Assembly (NCBI GenBank): GCA_003427395.1
Contig: BFEA01000012.1
Span: 1,996,089 to 2,046,830, forward strand
Origin: Chara braunii
Lineage: Eukaryota; Plantae; Charophyceae
Direction: 5' to 3'
Length of the DNA stretch: 50,742 nt
The position numbers and the translations under genes are program-made. Under the pieces are notes generated by a model. It did no database searches. It had not been told where the DNA came from and worked only from the letters and a program-made list of their open reading frames with translations. Positions 35,793 through 50,141 of this stretch are shown piece by piece (position 1 is the stretch's first letter; every line of letters starts with the position of its first letter).

Positions 35793-36698
35793 AGAAGGTT
35801 AACGGAGACCCTAATTTTGAGACCACTTGCCATGCCATTTATATGAAAACCAAAGGGTCATTTTAATCAAACTTGCCACCAATTCGTAGAGTTAAGAACA
35901 TACTAACTAACTACAAAAAAAAATCCAAAAAATAATAATAAAAAACATATAAAACAGCACAAGAGAAGGTTAAAAATAATAATAAAAAACATATAAAACG
36001 ATAAGGCAAAAAAACATTTTTATGAAATTTCACCGACATCTCAATTTCAAAAACCTTGAGAACTTTTAGAAATCTTAACCGAGGAAATTCCAATTCTCCA
36101 AATGACACAAAATTTGGCACACACCAACCTTAAACCAAAACAAGAACAGGCAAAAAAAAAAAATTCAAAAAACATAAAATTTGACCCCGAAACCCTAATT
36201 TCAGTTTTAGACTCGTTACCCAAGGCCTGAAAATGGGGGTCCCTATTAACCATTTGTGCGAGAGAAGGTCGCGAGAGAAGGTTAACGGAAACCCTAATTT
36301 TCAGACCACTTTCCATGCCATTTATATGAAAACCAAAGGGTCATTTTAATCAAACTTGCCACCAATTCGTAAAGTGGACACCATACTAACTAACTGCAAA
36401 AAAGAATCCAAAAAATAATAATAAAAAACATATAAAACANCAAGGCAAAAGTGCATTTTCATGAAATTTCACCAACATCTCAATTTCAAAAATCTTGAGA
36501 AATTTCAGAAATTTTAACAGAGGAAATTCCAATTCTCGAAATGACACAAAATTTGGCAGACACCAACCTTAAACCAAAACAAGAACAGGCAAAAAAAAAA
36601 AAAAAAAAAAACATAAAATTTGACCCCTAAACCCTAATTTCAGTTTTGGACTCGTTACCCAGGGTCTGAAAATGGGGGTCCCCATTAACCATTTGTGC
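35793..36698. repeat. Tandem dimer of a ~480-bp AT-rich unit (satellite-like)
   Basis: Units start AGAAGGTTAACGGA.ACCCTAATTTT at 35793 and 36276 and end TTAACCATTTGTGC. The second unit is shorter. Confidence 0.9.
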
Positions 36699-37169
36699 TC
36701 GATTGACGATTTTTCTATAATGAAAGTTGTTTTTTTGTTAAAAAAAAAAAAAGCTTCGCCACACAGACTTTTGAAACAACGAGGGTTTTTTATAAGCACA
36801 TTAGAGCCTCGCTCCACTACTCTGCCTATGTGCAAAAAAATGGTGTGAATCTTCCTCTTGAACGTGAGATACTGTGCCATAATTTTGTATTTTGTGCATG
36901 TCTTAAGTAGTGGAGCCAGACCCTGGTAATCTGCCATTTTTTCTGTTTTTTTTTTTCCTCGCTAATCGACCGTCCCGAGAGGTTCTTTCCAAAAGACCAC
37001 TCACGGTCTCTCAAAGAAACACTCGTGCCAGGCAAGTGGATCTTGCCCTCTTGAAACTACTTTTGATGCCCGCGTCTCTGACACCTTGCGAAAGTTTTTC
37101 GAAAGGAACTTTTTCCGACAGCTTTTCAAAAGGAACTTGTTTCGAAAACCTGTGTGGCGAAGATGCAGC

Positions 37170-37830
37170 ATCCCAAATGCAAGGAAAGTCTTTGGGAGGA
37201 AATGGATAGAGAAATGAGTTATGCGAGTAGAAGATTTGTGGGATGAACAGACTTTGGATTGGTTTAGTGAACAGGATTTAAGGACAACGTTAAGAAGACT
37301 CACCCTCGTTGAACAACATAGATGTCATCTTATTACAGCCCTTCCATCAGATTGGAAAGATTTGCTCTTCAAGAGGAAATCAAATCCAGTGGGCCGGTGG
37401 TACAAACCGGAAAGGGAACTACTAAGCAATGTCCCGTGAAAAGTAACTGATGTGTATGACCCCCTAGCACTCAAGATTGAAGAATGGGAAATGGTGGAAG
37501 TGAAAGGCCAGGACAAAGTCCTATCCTTGAAATTCAAGGATAGCTTTGATATGGCCAACTAACTGGACAGCCACAGAAGTGCGGGTTGTGAAAATTGTTC
37601 GGGTTGGGAAGATAACTCTACTAACAAATTTGAAATTGACCCCTGTCACAGATCGAAACTTGGCTCCATTCTTTGCAAGTTGGATTGATAAATAGGGTAA
37701 CCAAGTCCCTCTGGATCACTATACAACGAAGATAGGTCTGAGAGAAATTCAAGCCAGAAAGTACAAGATGCCTACGATACTGGCATTGGGGCGGCTCAGT
37801 CGGTCTATAACCATGCAAAATCAGTCTTCA
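37170..37830 (+). mobile_element. LINE ORF2 C-terminal fragment
   Basis: RVEDLWDEQTLDWFSEQDLRTTLRRL..LITALPSDW..VGRWY aligns by eye with RLSDLWSEEDKNWLREQQLRNKLGRL..IRAAIPSEW..VGKWY of the LINE at 25926-26504. Confidence 0.8.
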
Positions 37831-38750
37831 AAGATTTTTCGATTCTGGTTGCAGTTACGGATGCTGCTGTCCCAGAAGCAAGCCAGTGATATGCAACCTC
37901 AGACCCCGCGCGCCGTTCTGTACTCACAAACACCGATCATAGTAGTTGGGGATGTGACCGAGGATTTTTGGTCGGTGGGGTTTAATCGCCCGGGCGGAAC
38001 GGGGGATTCTTGTTTTGGGCCGAGGTGTTATCATCTTGAGTTCGAACCGTCATCCAGGACAAGGGACAAAGAGGAGAATTATTATGGAGCAACCATAAAC
38101 AAAAAAACAAGAAGAAGAACAATAGGAAAAAGAAGAAAAAACAAGTGAGCGGAATTTTACCGCTCTCGATTGCGCCATGTGCGTGCGAACTTTGTGGCTG
38201 TCGCTCCGGAATGGGGAATTTTCAGGCCTCGGTGTTGGATTCGTCGAGCTCGTGAGGGCGTCCTAACGCGGGCTCGACGAGTGTCGGGTGGGCCGAGGGA
38301 ACCCAAGTTCGAAAGTCGGTTGGGAGCGCGCCCGCGTTGCGGGAGAGTTCTGGGAATCAGGCCACACCTTTGTATCATGGGACTAGTCTTCGCAAGGAAC
38401 ATGAATCCTCCTGGCGACACCAGCGGTCGTTTGACTTAGGTCCCCACATGGCGTGGGCCGCGGACTAGGGTAACACAATCAGATCGGTGTAGGGCAATAT
38501 CACGGGAGGGGAAAAAAAACGATCAATCAACACAAACCCTCTCCCTCCGTTGTGGCAGACCCTGGCAGGGTTATGCAAATGAATCTGCTCGGTTCATCAC
38601 AGAGTGCTCCATAGGTCCGCGTCGAAGTACATGTTATCGTCGTAGGACAACAGCGCGCTGCGATGGACCGATATGAAGGTTGAGCATGGGCACGAGCCCA
38701 CGCTCATGTCCGCCGAGACGAACGCTAGCTCCATGCAAGGATCAATAACC

Positions 38751-38870
<120 letters not shown>

Positions 38871-40556
38871 TGAATGCTAGGTCGAGGATCCGGGGTGAGT
38901 CCCAGAGATATCAGCCGCATTGCGGAGAGGCACGCGACTGATCTCTCTGGTTATCGAGTGTAAATCGTGGGGCGACACCCGCCCGTTTCGCCCGGATCTC
39001 TTGCGCGCACGAAGGGGGAGGGAAAGGGAAGATGTTGGCGCCAATCCCGCGCACATACATGGCGTTGAGATTGAAAAAAGTGTCAAGGAAAGGAGGAAGA
39101 TCCAATACACTCATGCATCCATGCAGACAGTCGACACCCAACACTCCTCAAAAACGCGTCTGTAAGCGCCCACGCATGTACTCATTCAGCTATCTTGGTC
39201 AGTGAGACATTCGACATCCATAGATCCTCATACCATAGCATGCATACAACAGAGTACCCATACTTCGGGACCTTGCACACAACCACTTGGACAAAGCGAC
39301 AATGAAGATAAAAGCGAGTCCCTCAGAATACAAAATTCTGCACACGGCTGGTCGCCCTGGGCCCAGCCCCCAGTCCATCAGAACCACCGACAACCATAAC
39401 CACAAGGCCCTGTCGCTATCGGCATCCGATCTCCACCACAAGCCCGTCCCACGTCGTCACTCCGCCCGTCACTTGGGCACGTCGAGCCTGTTCAACGCCG
39501 CAGACCTCACGCATAGCTCGCTCAATATTGCAGCTGAGATAAAAGAGAACGAGAGGAAGGGACTGCGAGAACTTATACCGCGGAAGGTGTCGGGGTCTCA
39601 GTACGAGGTGCGGGCACACGGGTTGTAGATGAGCAGGACAAAAGAAGGGCCAAAATTCCAAAAAGATTGAAGGATGCAAGTCGAGCATTCTGTGTGATTG
39701 GGGTGGTCGTTCAAGTGGTGCGCGCTTCCTACTTTCACCACATTGATCCAACCATCCCAATCACACAGCCAATCGCTCGCGATGATGGGTGAGGCGAGGA
39801 TCGAACTTCGCTCAAGGGAAGAAGAGACATGCAAGAAGGGAGTGCGCGACAAGAAGGAAATATGGCGTGGGGACGCCAAGCAGGGGAACGGGTATACACG
39901 GCGTGCAAAAAATTGAAAAATAGCTGCCCGCGCAAAAATCAAAATTCCCACCCACACTTATTCCTAACTGTTTCCTGGATTTCTCGACGTGGTCGCTAAC
40001 CGACCGCACGAAAGGTTGTCAGGGGCAACCTTCTCGACTTTAAATGCTTCAATCTGTTTGAATGTGCACAAAACTATCTGGGCAGACCGGCATCGCAAAG
40101 CTTATTAAGTACCCACTCATGATTTCGGTAAACTGTGGTTCAACAAGACCTGGTGTATCAATGACTACTTTTCAAGCATCAATGATCAAGGGAAGCTGAG
40201 GTTGGCAACATGGCTCAGGTCGGAGCCTCAGAATGTCTTGCGTCAGGGTGCCACCAGATAGATTGTAGCGACGCTTAAGTCTAGCCTAGGATTCAAGTTG
40301 TTTTGGCAGCCTTAGCTGAGAGGGTTACCGGTTTGATGAGCCAAGTGAGTCTGAGTTTTTGGATAAAGGGATGCTGGACCCGGTTTCCAACACAGTTTTC
40401 CCACATTCTGGTTACCTATTTGTGGGAACCCCGACCCCAGAAACTTTTATTGGAAATCAAATCATAAGTCTCTTTTTTTATTAAAAAAAAAAAAAAGATG
40501 TTGCGTCCATTTTGCACGTTTCGAAAGGCTGTGTGGCGAGCCCCCTTCTTTTTTCG

Positions 40557-40612
<56 letters not shown>

Positions 40613-40817
40613 GCGAGCCCCCAATTCAATTACCTGTCGAATCTGGACAGGACAGCCTCAACAGTGTCTTTTTTTGTCAAAAACAAAAAAAAAGTTCCCC
40701 TGCCAGAATGCACTTGAAATGACAAAAAAAGAAGGAGGTCAAAATGCACTAGAGCGACAGTATCGTCCCAATCCGAACACCAACGGGCCTAGCTCAGTTG
40801 ATGCAACCCTAGAGCGT

Positions 40818-40971
40818 GGTCCCACTAGCCAGGAGGATGGGATCGAATGCCCGGATTTAGAAGTGTTTGTGCACAGACGCAAGAAATAGAGTTTGAACCG
40901 CTTTTCTGCATCTTTGTGTAAAACACATCCAGATTCGGGCATTCAATCCGATCCTCTTTGCTAGTGGGACC
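40818..40971. mobile_element. 154-bp foldback MITE-like element, copy 2
   Basis: GGTCCCACTAGC..GCTAGTGGGACC arms; same length as, and homologous to, 33518-33671. Confidence 0.85.
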
Positions 40972-40989
40972 TCGGCCTTGAACTGTTGA

Positions 40990-43900
40990 AATACAACGTG
41001 TATCGGACAAGCTACCCCACCATCCTCCCCCGAGAAGAACGCATGGTCATCAAAGCTTCGGGGCTCGCTCCACTACTCGACATTCTACATGCATGTAGAG
41101 GCCCTTCTGCAAATGCATTCAGAGGAGTCCAACATTGTGAATGTACTGGAACGACTGTAACGCCCAGACCCCGCGATCCCTCTCCCCGACCATCGCCACC
41201 CGACCTTCCCCTCTCCTCCTCCAAACACCCCGACGACATAACCGTTTCCCCCACGATCCCTCTCCATATCCCGATCATGTTTCGCCGCCCCATAACCGAC
41301 TCTCCCCGATCATCTCCCCCCTCTTTACCCTCTCTACAATACCCCGAACGTGTGACAGCACCGCGTCCAACACCCGATTCGATTCGGATCCCGTCTCGCC
41401 CCCGTACCCTATACCGACCCTGATACTCGATCCCATCTCGCCCCCTTGATCCTTGGACGCCCCGACCCCGATCCTGACCCCGCCCCGTCCCGTCCTCGTG
41501 TCCCGACCAACCCCCCATATCCCGATTCCTCTCCCTCTTCCTCCTCCCCCTGTGTCCTGCCCCACACCGATCCTTCCCTGACGCATTCCGCCCTGATTTC
41601 TCCTCTGCCCCATCTCGATCCAGACCCCCCTCGTCCCGATCCGCCACGATCCTCCCCTGCCACATTTCCATCCCCATCATCCCGATCCGGACCCCCCTGC
41701 TATCCTAATCTCCCTCCCCTAACCCCCGGCGACTTAGAAAAACAGATAGGCTCTTACGCGTACCATGGCTAGCTTGAATAATGAAGCAAGGAAGGGGAAA
41801 GGGAAGGGGTGGACACACACGATCTGGTATCAGGGAGCCATGGAACACCACTCAACAACTTGGAAACCTCGGGATAGGATATATAGGATGGATACGGAAA
41901 TGGCGGACACAGCCTCCCCTTCACACCCCCCTAAGTCTGATCATCCAGAAGGGTTACACTCCAGAACACCCCCCTCCCCGATAAATTTGCTTAAAGAAAT
42001 GAGAGAAACAAATGAATTGCAGAAGGGGGAAGAAACAAGACAAGCACACCCCTTATTGTGGGCCGAGAAGCTTTAGAAAGTGTACTTGGGTCAAACCCTG
42101 TCAGTCAAAAGAGATGGGGAAGGGGAGAGAACCTGGAAATCCCGTTAGATAATCTGACGACAGCCTCAACATTTTTTCCCTCTAAAGTCCTGGCCTCTCC
42201 AGAGGATAAGATAATTAGCCGGGGGGAAAAAAACACAGGGTTAAGGCTTTATCAAGCAATATAATTAAGGAAAAGGACGCAATATACACCCGCTATGCAA
42301 GCACAAGGGTGTTTTATGATGATGCCACGTACAAATCCGCCAACAACAAGGTAGGGTGGATCAGGAAGCGTCTCGCAACCCTCAAGGGTTCAGAGGAGGG
42401 GGCGAGGGACTTCTTCCTAATCCAACCTATCTCCTCGACAGTCTTCACAGTCCTCTGTATGTTTGACTCAGATAAACAAATTATGGACTCATGGCGGAGT
42501 ATACCCTGCGGGCGCTCGGAGGTCCAGATCTTCCCTTGTTCACCCCCGAAATAACAAAGACCGGAAGAAAAGCGAGAACAGTTAATGGCAGACTACTATT
42601 GGGAAGAATTCCGGCATGCGCCCATAGAAATTCAAGGGGCATTTGTGCAGGAGCTCGCTAAAAAATATGAGATCGTTGATTTCGTTGACCCTCTTCCCCC
42701 TCTTGTGGCCCCAAGGGACGACTACCTCATGGTGGCCCTGGATATCCCCAAAGGGCACATCTTCTCCATTGACGATGTCATATTTTTTCGGGTAGGGGGC
42801 AAGGATTTTAAGATCCACACAGCGCACAAGACACGACCTTGCTGTTTTAAGTGCCCGGCGTACGGACACATTTCCTTGGACTCGGGCTGCCCCCACCACC
42901 CGGCCAAGAGAATCAGATCCACTGGCCGCCTGCTTCGAGACCCTTTCAAAGAAAATTGGTGGAGAACAGTTGATGCAGGGCACGAAGGGTGGGTCTTTAT
43001 AGATGAGCCTCGAGAAGAGGGAGGGGTTAGGGGGTGAGAATGGGAGAAAAGTGAAGAAGTCAACTGGGACACAAAGCTACCCGACCAGTGGACCCCTTCT
43101 AAATCAGTAGAAACGCACATGGGAAGGAATACCATCCCCCCACATACTCCCCCAAAAGAGGACATGACACTAATTAACAAACGAGAATCGTTGGGAACAG
43201 TTGGATCTGAGCCCCAGATTCACCCCGGTTAGAACCCAGGCCCCAGGACTTTATCACATCAATGGACATGGGTGAACTGTCGCAGACTCCGATTCTGAAG
43301 AAAAAAACGCCCGCTAACAAAAAAAGTAAGTTGTCATTGAATCCAACCACTTCCGGAACGAACAATCGATTCCAGGTCTTGGCGACATAAGATGGGAACA
43401 GGCAGGCAGTAGCACAACAGTCGGAGGAACCAGGATGGGATGAATGCCACAGACAGTTAAAGAAAGCAGAGAAGGACAAGGAAGGAGACGATGCACGGGT
43501 GACCAAGGGGGAAGGAGGGGGAGGGGGGGCAAGTGATGCTCAGGTAAATAGGAAGGAAGGGGAGGGAGAGGGCGAATCATCACAGGAGAGCGAACAACGA
43601 TCGTCCCAGGGGGAGGGGGCACACCAGCCAGCCACGCAACCCATTCCAGAGGGGGAAGCAGCAAGGAACGCTGCTAAAAAATACCCTGAAACCAAACCTC
43701 CCCAAGGTTCTCAGGTCAGCAAGGAAACCACTAGAATGGACCCCTTCTTTCAAGTTTCTGGACCCCAACCCATGGATTGGGAATCACCAGCCTCCCCCCC
43801 GGATGTGGAGATGGCAGACGGTGCACCGAAAGCCTGGGGGTCACAAGGGCAAGAGGACGCAGAAACCAGATTGAGAAATCTGGCAGAATGGCTAATTGGC

Positions 43901-46900
43901 CAGCTCCGGGTACTTTACATAGGACAGGACGAGATATACTGGGACGAGGCCTATGTGCAACTTTTTTCATTGTTAGACGAGAGCCCAAGCCTAAAACAGG
44001 CTTTAGAGCAGAGCCTGCCCCCAGAAACGGACTGGCAATAGGTCTTGAACAAAATCTAGAACATTGTGCACCATAAATTCCAACCCCCTGTTCCTCTAGA
44101 CACGCCCGACACATCCAAGGAGACAGACAAGGCCCCCCCCCACCNCCCCNACCAACCGCCCCCAGATGAGGACATACAACAACCCCTAAAAAACCCGCAT
44201 CCCGAACAAGGAGAGGGAGAGGCAGCCGCAGAAGAGGGAACAGGCCCTTCAAAGCGGGCTAAACTACGCCATCTAATTAAAAAAGGGTTGTATCACAAAA
44301 TTCTGCCAAAGGGGGATAAGGTTCTGGTATTGCCAATTAGAAAGAAAGCCGGAAAATGGGAATTGGGCTTGTCGCTTGCTGAGTCTGAAGACCCATACAC
44401 CCCTGCCTATGGAGGAATGAAACTACATGGGTGACACATGCACAAGGAAGAGGTATTAAAGACCCAGATAGTTACAGATTTCATCACCGGCCACTACGAA
44501 CCAGGAGCAATGGCCACCATTAGTGTTTCAACAGAAGGACTGAAGATGACCTACAAATACCTCTATGTGAGATTCGAAGAGAATAAGGAGGCTGGATTGC
44601 TTTGGCATACACACAATATGATGTTCCAGGACACTCAACAACTGAAATTGAAGCCAAACATTATATGGTTGGCTAATGAACTACTCACATGTATCTGCAC
44701 GATTCTAAGGAAAAGTATCATCAATAAGGGGTTAAACTGGGAGTCACAGGAATAAATCCAGTTGCTTAGAAAATAGGGGAGGGTTTACGGTAGCACAATT
44801 ATACTTCAAAATGGACTGGGTAGATGTGGTATACGGGAATAACAAAAAATGGAAATACATCCTGCAGCAAGCATGCCTAGATATTAGAACGATCAACATG
44901 AATGATATAGCATCCCATAACCCCAAAAAAAAACTAAAGCATTATGAGATGTGATGAGGGGAGTCGGGGCAAGAACGTGGTCGGATGTGGTCTGCGTTCA
45001 GAAGACCCATCTGATGGATACACTCGAACACCACAGAGCCCACAAACAAGCCTGACCCTTCCAAAGCTATCAAGCTTTTGCCCCCTGTCCAGGCAGCTCA
45101 GGTGTAGCAATTTTGATTCCACCACATTTGGGACTCGAAGTACTCAGCTGGGAGAAGGATGAGGAGGAGGGTCGATGGGTCAAAGTATTGGGCATGTTGG
45201 AACTAGAAATCGTGTGCATAGTCTCCATATATGCTCCCAACACGACCAGGGAGCCGAGGACCTTCTTTCAGAAAATGGAAACAATCCCCACCCCAGATGT
45301 CCCCATGATACTAGCATGAGACTTCAATGCCGCACCGGATAGGTGGCTGAACAGATGGAGAGTCCCCCACACCTCCGCTTATAATGCGGAGGAGGACGAA
45401 CAAATGTTAAAATACCTATGCGCCCCACTCTCGCTTTTTGATACTTTCAGGCGCACCTACCCTACTGAAAGGGTCTTTACATGCATCCGAAACAATGACC
45501 CTGCCGTGACTCTCCAAATCCCGAATTGATTTAATCCTGGTCTCAGAGGAGCTGGATTGTGGGCTCTCTGTAACAACAATATTACTGACCAGCCCATATC
45601 CCGGACTGGACCACATAATGTGCATGGCGGTGTGAACGTTTCGTAAACGATCAGACCAAGGGGCCAGTTACTACAAACTAAACACTTCCTTACTCAAAAG
45701 CAGCTCTTTTCAAAAATACCTACGACACGCCTGAGACTTTTGGAAAGACCATCGCCCGCAACAAGTATCACAAATCACTTGGTTCAATAATGGTTTGTTC
45801 TTCATGGCAAAAAAATGTAACGAATATTCTAAGCACCTGGCCGCTCAAAGATATCAGCAAGAAGTCACAATCATGCAATATCTAGTAAATGCAGAGCAAG
45901 AGCAAAATTTGTAAGGGTAGAAATAAAACTCTGAGGAACTACAAACCCACATACAGGAATTGAAAGATCAGTTTCTCAGACATGCACAATACAAATGGCA
46001 AGGAGCCCAAACGAGGGCGAGGCTATCTCGATTCTCTTCTGAAGGGGTGATGAATTCTCACTTCTTCAGCCTGACCAAAACACATATTCAAAGGACCACA
46101 ATTGAAGCACTTTACGAACCGAATGTCAGGGAAGCAGACCCGACCACAACGACAACTCGCTGCACCAAGATAACGTACGGCTTCTACAAAGATCTCTTTT
46201 CGCCACATATAGATAAATCTGACATATCACACCATGATCACCTAATAACTAGGTTTCTCGAACCACTCAACAAAACACGAACGCTTGAACAACGTAATGC
46301 CTTAGAAGCCCCGCTCTCTAAAAACGAAGTATGGACCGCCCTTCTCCAAATGAAGGAGGATAAGGCTCCCGAGATAGATGGTTTCCCTAAAGAATTCTGG
46401 GAAGCTACATGAGATTTTATGGGCCAGAAAGTTATGAATTTCTACAACGAAGTATGACTCACACGGGAGATGGGTGAAAAAGTGGAACAAGGGATACTAA
46501 CACTCTTATATAAAAAAAAGAGATAAAATGGATCTCAGAAACTACAGACCAATAACGCTCCTCACTGTAGTCTAGAAAATGTTGTCCAAAACCCTGACAA
46601 ACAGAATGATCCCGGTGATGGAGGATCTCATCCATCCAACACAAACTGGCTTCATGAAAAATATGAATATACAAGAGAACATCCTGTTGATTAACGAGAT
46701 CCTCCAACTTACGAAGCACTCCCGCCAAAACGCAGCCTTGATCTTCATTGATTTCGAAAAGGCCTATGACCACGTGGACTGACTGTTTTTAGATAAGTGT
46801 CTCCAAAAAATGAATTTTGGTCTGGATTTTCGACGATGGATACAAATCCTGCACCAAAATGCCATTACATCTATCCAAGTCAATGAAAATTTTGCGCCAC

Positions 46901-49900
46901 TCATGCACTTAAAGCGTTCGGTCCGCCAAGGAGACCAGGAGACCCTATTGCCCTCTTCCTTTTCCTAATCATCATCGAGGCATTAACCGCTAACCTTCGG
47001 ACAAACAAAAACATCACCACAATACGGATTACACACATCCCGGAGGAGGCGATCCCAGTATGTTCGCGGACGATCTCACAATAATGGCGGAGACCACACA
47101 CCGTAACATGAAGGAAATCCAACGGTTGATGAAAAGGTTTACCAAGGTTTCTGACATGACAATAAACTGGGGTTCCAAGATGCAAGGATGGTCGATTCAC
47201 CACCAAGGCGGACGCCCCTCAGAATCACCACGCATTGCATAGATGCCATTAGAGACCCCAATAAGAATCCTAGGGGTATCCATGACCGTAGGGGGGCGAC
47301 CCCTAACCAACGACGAGTGAATCAATACCCCAACTCTGCATAAACTAAGTAGTTGGAAAAATAAACCCACATCCCTTTTCGGTCGGGCCTTAGTACTTAA
47401 TAATGTGGTCTTCACATCACTATGGTATAAGTCTTTGATGTGGCCTTTGAGTAAAAAGACTTTGAGGGGCCTAAGGAAAAAGGCTGTCACCTTCTTGTGG
47501 AGAGGGGAAGGGGAGCCGGATAATGTGATAAGCCGAGTAGCCTGGGACTCGGTTATCCAACCAAAAGCAAGGGGAGGCTTGGGAATTCTCGATCCGGCCA
47601 TGAAGGCGCAGACATTACAAATAAAATGGATTAAAAAATTGAATTTTGCCGCTCAAAGCCCGTTGTGTGTTCTAGCCTTGGAACATCTGGTCTGTTTGGC
47701 CCCGACTGCCCCCCATACGATTCACCCACTGACTTGGCTAGAAGACCGGTTTTTGTCAATCCCGCATAAACTCCCACATAGAAGGAAGGGGAAGGAGGGA
47801 GGAGGTCAGATGTTGGATAAATTTTGACCATCCCTGTTGCAAACATGACGCAAACTCCCGCTCCCAGACAAAACTCACCTCGACCACTGGGAGGAGGTCC
47901 ATCGCCAACCCCTCTTTGGGAATAGATGGGTGACAGACACGAGGGGCTGCGTTATGACAAGCTCATCACTACCCTAGAAGAACTGGGTTAAGCACGGTGT
48001 ACTCAGGGTAGGGGATTTGTGGGACAATGAAAGACACGACTGGAAAACAGGGGACCAGTTGCGAGCAACCTTAAGATATTGCCACCACGTACAAGAAGTT
48101 ATGGAAAACCTTATTGAAGCTATCCCACTGGAGTGGTACCGAATCATCAAACGCGGCCCCTCCTTAAAAGAAGGAGATTGGGTAGCAAGCTCAGAGACCC
48201 CGTTGAGGGTTGGTTTGATACATATGGTGTCGTCCCAAACTGTCTTAGTTGAATCCTATGGTATCACCAGTCAGGCACCCTCCAAGGGAGTACAGCTCCC
48301 TTGGAATGGATAGACAGAGCACCAGTGCACCAAGTGAGGGTTATCGAAGAGAAGGGACAAAGGGTGATATTCCAACCAGACAAACCAATCCAGGATCTGG
48401 CTTTGGACCCAGTGGAATGGGTCTAGCAATCCTCCCAAAAGAGGGGTGCCCCCGTGACAAGCCACATTAGTCTGCACAAACTTTCAGTAAAATCAGCCTA
48501 TAAAATGCTTAGGCCTAAAAGACATCTAAGGGACATAATTAATGATCGATGGGCCAAACATTTAAATGTGGATCGGACTCTCCTGACTCCAATCCAATGG
48601 TTTAGATAACAAAAATATAAGCCCATGAAAATCACCTCCCTGCAGTGGCAAATAACCCACCGCTGCCTGTCAACCAACAACTAGTTAACTGACCGCACAA
48701 ACCTTGAACAAACAGGCCGGTTGCTTCCATGGTGCCAGCGGTGTCAGAGTCTCTTCCCCTTCCACAAAAAGGCAGAAACCATTGAACATATATTCATGCA
48801 GTGTCCAATCGCTTAACACATATGGAGGTGATGGGACCGCATATGGAGGAAAATGGAACCAAACATCCCCTAACCCTGGTCATGGCAAGCCATATTGGCA
48901 GGACACTGGGTGCTGGCAAGAACAACTTCGGCCTTCTTTGGGAACATGTACAGACTGGGGAGGAGGGCAGTGATATGGGCACTCTAGTGGCAAAGATGCA
49001 CCCTGGCCATGGAAAGGGTACGGGTGGAGGGCGCAGAAATTATTGAACAGATTCAGCAGCTGATACACCTTGAACTCACATGTAGATGCTTGGACACCAA
49101 AATGCAATTAGACCAGTTCAGACAAATAGGAGATGTCAGGAGACGAATTACGACTTTTTGCACTGACTGGGTAGGAGGGGAAAGAGAGGGATGGATTGCA
49201 AGGGTAGAATGGAGTGGGGATCAGGGAGAAGGGTTGGGAGAGTTAGAAAGAATGAGAGACTACCGCTTCGTGTTCAAAGATTGGACTAACATAGAACCCT
49301 CGTTCCCATTACGCCCTCCCTCGGATTTCCCAGACCCCTTCCCACCCCACGCCCTGTCACTGGCAGAAATTGTGTTATAAATGTGCTCTATGGCCTTCAC
49401 AATCCTCCCCGGAGCCCCCTGAGGAGGACCCCGCTCATCCTATATTCCTTTGCCCTTCAGTGGAGTCGCCAACCGGTTACCTGAGCAACTTGAGCAAATA
49501 AAGCAACATCAACCAGGATTTGAAGTGAGCAGCAGCCTTTGAACGGTATCAGTTTTGTCGATGGGTGGAGAGATACGGAGGTGGATCTTCAAGCTTCAAA
49601 TCGACTACACTACACCCTACTGGCTGGTTAGCAGCTGGGGACCCCCTCCAAGCTCACAACAGATTACACTATTGGATGCTGGACCCGATTTCCAGCAGGT
49701 GATGCATTCCAAAAAAGATACTGGGGAAGTGGTACAGGTTTGCTCAGTCAATCCCCTGTGTAGCAGGGAACTGGTATGTAGCAGCAGATATCTGGCGCTG
49801 GTTTTAGGGGGAAGAGAGGGAGGAACTAGTTCTTTCTCAATAGATATCCGGCGCCTGGTACTAGGGCGAAGAGGTTTCCTCCCCTCCCTTAGCAACCTGC

Positions 49901-50141
49901 ACAGTCAATCCTCTGGATGCCAGAGTAATCAATGCTGGCAGGGTTCACAGTTATCTCCTCTTGATCCAGCCTGTATTCATTCTGTTTTCTCATCCTGTAA
50001 TGGGGCGCTGGACCCGTTTTCCAGCAGGTGATGCTCCCCACCAATAGATGGAGCCTCTCCCCGGGTGCTAGTGGTGCCTGCACCTATCAGCACCACTAGC
50101 ATTGCAGGGGGTGTGTTTTGGGAAAAAAAAAAAAAAAAAAA
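40990..50141 (+). mobile_element. Near full-length degenerate L1/Tx1-like LINE (second family)
   Basis: It has a C-rich 5' region and ORF1 relics with CFKCPAYGHISLDSGC. ORF2 relics include SIYAPN, DFN, LDH, KAPEIDG, NYRPI, IDFEKAYDHV, VRQGD, MFADD, GGLG and CQRC..ETIEHIFMQC. The poly(A) is at 50123-50141. Confidence 0.9.
44880..49380 (+). pseudogene. LINE ORF2 (EN-RT-zinc finger), heavily disrupted
   Basis: Fragment ORFs at 45113, 45960, 46579, 47060, 47405, 48017 and 49009 carry the expected motifs in order. Confidence 0.9.
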
